DNA of 9,958 nt from Octopus sinensis. Taxonomy: Eukaryota. The notes beneath the pieces were generated by a model that saw only the letters and a program-made list of their open reading frames with translations, was not told the origin of the DNA and searched no databases. The stretch is taken from assembly GCF_006345805.1 (NCBI RefSeq), contig NW_021827765.1, positions 1-9,958 of the forward strand, given 5' to 3'. This document shows positions 6,796 through 9,958 of this stretch, one piece after another; positions within the stretch are counted from its first letter, which is position 1, and the number at the start of each line of letters is the position of its first letter. Both the position numbers and the translations under genes were made by a program.

Positions 6796-6854
6796 ATTCA
6801 ACCGATGACGGTAAAGCTTATTTAAAGCAAAACCAGAAATCCTGGATCTTGGAT
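6796..6854 (+). ncRNA. Type-I hammerhead ribozyme motif, U4C core variant
   Basis: Stem I AUUCAA/UUGGAU (6 bp including one U-G). Core CCGAUGA. Stem II (C)GGU/ACC(A) plus inner GCUU/AAGC. GAA, stem III AUC-cug-GAU, and an AUC cleavage triplet ending at C6848. Confidence 0.65.
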
Positions 6855-7062
6855 TATTCAATAATATTTTTTGCTAGTCTATTTTGTCCCTCTGTCTTAT
6901 CTCATGGTACGATATGAGCGTTTAACGTGGTTTTAAAGTCAGGTTTTGACTGCTATTTCGGCATGGTCGTGTCTCTTAGACACCCTTATTTTTAGTTGTA
7001 AAAATATTATTACCTTTGTACGGTATTTTTTCGCATGCTGGCCACTTGATAATATCGATATT

Positions 7063-7064
<2 letters not shown>

Positions 7065-7135
<71 letters not shown>

Positions 7136-7390
7136 GTATACATACATACAACACATATATATGTACATATTATTTATAAATATGTACATATATATAAATG
7201 TGTGTGCGTGTATGCCGCAACGTACATTTATACAAGTCTGCGTATATCTATGTCTTTTATAAGCACACACACACACACACACACACACGTGTATACAAAC
7301 TGACATGCATACATACACACGCACAGGCGCCCCCACTCAAGTACATATACACACATGTATATATTATATATACACGCGCATATATACATA
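7065..7390. repeat. (TA)n, (CA)n and degenerate purine-pyrimidine microsatellites
   Basis: Directly visible. Confidence 0.9.
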
Positions 7391-7607
7391 CGTGGGTGTG
7401 CCTGAACATTTCTAGATTTCTGTAAAAGAAAATGCAAGAGGATCTGGAAAAAATGTTTATATTCCACATATTCTCCTCTCCGATTTACACATTTATTGTA
7501 GCCGTCCTAAAGTTTTTCCAAGCCCTGTAAAATCAATCGAGTGTTTGGGCCTCCAGCGAGGCCTTTCGCGATGCTCATGAAGCCAGGAACTTTTCAGCAC
7601 CCTCTCG
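7391..7607 (-). mobile_element. Internally deleted mariner (Tc1/mariner) derivative, MITE-sized
   Basis: Imperfect terminal inverted repeats: left TA|cgtgggtgtgcctgaacatttctagatt versus the reverse complement of the right end, cgagagggtgctgaaaagttcctggctt. Minus strand 7530-7462 translates to LQGLEKL*DGYNKCVNRRGEYVE, resembling the mariner transposase C-terminus (G..KL..R..KC....G.YVE). Confidence 0.8.
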
Positions 7608-8226
7608 AAATTGTTTCACCGAAATCTCTGTGTGAGTGTGTGTTGTGAGGAGGCGGTTGTGTGCGTGCGTTCGCTCGTGTGTATTGCGCCTGTTTATATA
7701 TTTGCGGATGTGCGTGTTACGCTTGCGAATATATGTACGTTGGTGTGCGCGTTGCCATTGTATAAATGCCAGTGCTTTTATTTACGCGTATGTGTATGTG
7801 CGTAATCATTGTAAGCGCCGTTTCACAGCTTCGGTATGAAAAGTAGAATGCACCATAAGCTGCTGTGTTTATGTACAAGGCCTCTTCAGAAATTAGGACA
7901 AATAACCATTGTCCTTCTCACTAAACAGAGCTTGATTGTTTAATCGTTAATCTCAACCTCAACAACATTATCAATCATCGTGGGATCGCTGTGTTTATAC
8001 TGAAGTTAGTCACAGGCATATGAACGCACATTTTTATATGTGTGAATCCAGATGTCTATATATAGGTGTATATGTGTGTCTGTGTGTGTGTGTATGTATA
8101 TATATATATATATGCGTGTGTGCATTGGTAGTTAGATATATACATAAACATTCAGACACATATATGTATGTATATCTACATAATAACATATATACACTTT
8201 AAAAATATATAGACAGGAAGACATAC

Positions 8227-8286
<60 letters not shown>

Positions 8287-8372
8287 GGATGGATGGATGG
8301 ATGGGTGGAGAGAGGGATTGATGGAGAGATGGATGAATGGATGGATGGATAGATAAATATACAGATAGATAG
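8227..8372. repeat. (GATA)n followed by degenerate (GGAT)n tetranucleotide microsatellite
   Basis: Directly visible. Confidence 0.95.
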
Positions 8373-8573
8373 ATGAACTATTTACCATATCCACGTTCTG
8401 TTCACGATGTTATATTAGAGGACGTTCAATGCTAAAATCTATAGAGATTATAATACAGTCGATATAGTATTCAAGCAAACCACATCCCAAGCAATAGCAC
8501 TGTATCAACTGCACTCTCGATGATTATTATAATAGACCTAAAATATAAAGCTTGCAACAACAAGAGGTCTTCG

Positions 8574-8791
8574 TATACAAGTTTTTATGAACAGTAAAAT
8601 GAGTAATACATTGATGGTTAAGTCCTAAATGAATGTAGCTAAAAATATATAGATTTATATATAAATTACTAGTGGTAAATATGGATTCATAGAATCGCGT
8701 GGCTATCAAAAAAGGCTCCTCGAGTGGACTCCGGCTACCTGACCAAAAACCGAGTCTCTATCATGTATATGCATATATGTGTGTGTGTATT

Positions 8792-8824
<33 letters not shown>

Positions 8825-8925
8825 ATTTATACATATATATATATACACAAGAAAAAAGCATCAAAAATAGATCAATATTCGGTACAATTTTTTCGTACGA
8901 AGACCAGCTTATTAAGGCTGCAAAT
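8574..8925 (+). pseudogene. Possible highly decayed RTE-type LINE ORF2 C-terminal relic, split by a microsatellite (about 8765-8848)
   Basis: Ordered fragments across frameshifts: YT..(L)*TVK (8574 onward), MDS*NRVAIKK (8681-8713), KRLLEWTP (8710-8733) and SYEDQLIK (8893-8916). They resemble YTRLLR / M...R..KKLL.W.P / TY.DQL of RTE-type ORF2. Similarity is weak. Confidence 0.3.
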
Positions 8926-9079
8926 ATTGCAGCAAATACAGGGACCCCTACTCATTAGCCGAAAAAACATCTGAGTTCTCCAACATCTAAGGGATGAGGC
9001 ACCTCCTGAAACATCAGGATAGTTCTATAAAATGCAGATTAGATATAACGGACTTCCAAAGTTCTTATGTTGCACAGTC

Positions 9080-9156
<77 letters not shown>
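9080..9156. repeat. (TA)n-(TG)n microsatellite
   Basis: Directly visible. Confidence 0.95.
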
Positions 9157-9157
<1 letters not shown>

Positions 9158-9774
9158 CAATCAACAGATGAGATTTAGAGATTTTCACAGCCTAGAAGAC
9201 AATTCGTAGCGCTCAAAAGATACAAATTAGACACCGGTGTTTTCACAGGAGATCAGATCCATGGAGTAGAGAATGGGTGAATCAAGTTGAACTACAACTT
9301 CTAACATCGTGATACATCTCTGAACTCCCAGAAACAGATGTTGGATTTATTAGAGGATTGCTGGGAAACCATACAGGACCAGCAGTTGAGTTTGCGTCCA
9401 CCCCATCTATGGCTAGTTGTATATCCTCTTAGCTATTTTCGATGTAATCCGTCGTAACTGCCTCGCTGGTTATAGGTGAGGCTGCTAAGTACCCACTGGT
9501 TCGTTCACTTATCTGTGTTCCAGCGGGGTGGTAAAGACACTTGAGAACTGGTCTTTCAGTACCTCACTGATCCTGGTTAGACTGTCTGTGAGAGAGCCAT
9601 CCTTTTGGAAGAGGGGTCATATTTTGTAGCGTACTGAGGATTTGACTTAATGTTTTTAATAACACAAGCTTCTTTAAACCAAATAATATAGGTAATTCCT
9701 GGTAGATATGTTGAATACCATTTTCTTTCGTTTCGCCAATCACTCGTACGCATACGTTGATGCATACACATTTA

Positions 9775-9776
<2 letters not shown>

Positions 9777-9812
<36 letters not shown>

Positions 9813-9890
9813 TATGTGTGTGTGTGTATATATATATATATAAACACGCACGTAATGTATATAAGTGTGCATATATATATATATATTTAT
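9777..9890. repeat. (TG)n-(TA)n microsatellite
   Basis: Directly visible. Confidence 0.9.
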
Positions 9891-9958
9891 GCATACATCC
9901 ACTTAACATTAAACGCACAGATCATGAGTTGTTGATAAACATTTATTCCAAATACTTG

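Larger units (their letters stand above)
6685..6997. mobile_element. Element with about 75-bp inverted repeats (6685-6760 / 6924-6997) enclosing a hammerhead; PLE inverted-end structure or MITE-like
   Basis: Left arm aactaaaaataagggtgtctaagagacaccaccatgccgaaatagcagtcaaaaccctgattttaaaaaccatgtt matches the reverse complement of the right arm, with three substitutions and two single-base indels by eye. Confidence 0.8.

Noticed and set aside
7548-7582. GGCCTC-cagc-GAGGCC hairpin next to a minus-strand UUCAUGA...GAAA motif
   Set aside because: It lacks the UH cleavage site, stem II is only 2 bp, and it lies inside the mariner derivative.
7929-8004. Candidate 76-nt exon (AG|...|GTTAGT) with one open frame (LDCLIVNLNLNNIINHRGIAVFIL)
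   Set aside because: No recognisable protein, weak polypyrimidine tract, and expected by chance in AT-rich DNA.
8916-9027. Small hairpins GCTGCAA-ata-TTGCAGC and TCCTGA-aaca-TCAGGA, plus a GGAUGA...GAAA motif
   Set aside because: Short stems are expected by chance, and the hammerhead-like reading has no valid cleavage triplet.
9323-9390. Peptide NSQKQMLDLLEDCWETIQDQQL resembling a Tc1 transposase C-terminal helix
   Set aside because: The upstream SPDLNPIE motif and TIRs are absent in all frames examined.
9620-9745. Minus-strand YLPGITYI / LKKLVLLKTLSQIL resembling the end of R4/NeSL-type LINE ORFs
   Set aside because: It needs a frameshift and a gap, is too short and low in complexity, and no upstream endonuclease motifs are visible.
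1-9958. CRISPR arrays, prokaryotic operons, rRNA or true tRNA genes
   Set aside because: No repeat-spacer arrays or long ORFs are present. The tRNA-like segments are SINE heads without a complete cloverleaf or Pol III terminator.

Overview
AT-rich, microsatellite-dense non-coding eukaryotic DNA (intron or intergenic). The SINE and MITE families look like those I recall from Octopus (cephalopod) genomes; this is recognition from memory, not a database result. No intact protein-coding gene is supported, and almost every ORF in the supplied track is an artefact of simple repeats. The window holds about 7 tRNA-derived SINE copies or fragments (one full-length with a 13-bp target-site duplication), a mariner-derived MITE, probable LINE relics and several foldback structures. 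The main unexplained signal is a high density of type-I hammerhead-ribozyme-like folds of the minimal kind known from Penelope-like elements (PLEs) and retrozymes: 1632-1688 (+), 1795-1848 (+), 2147-2201 (+), 6580-6612 (-), 6696-6742 (+), 6796-6854 (+), 6941-6986 (-), and weaker relics at about 2095-2146 and 9316-9346. They sit in short non-coding elements with partial-tandem and inverted ends next to (TA)n tracts. One is a 352-nt-period partial tandem with a perfect 44-bp inverted end that stops at the predicted ribozyme stem III. All folds were read by eye, every core deviates from the canonical CUGANGA/GAAA, and activity is untested.
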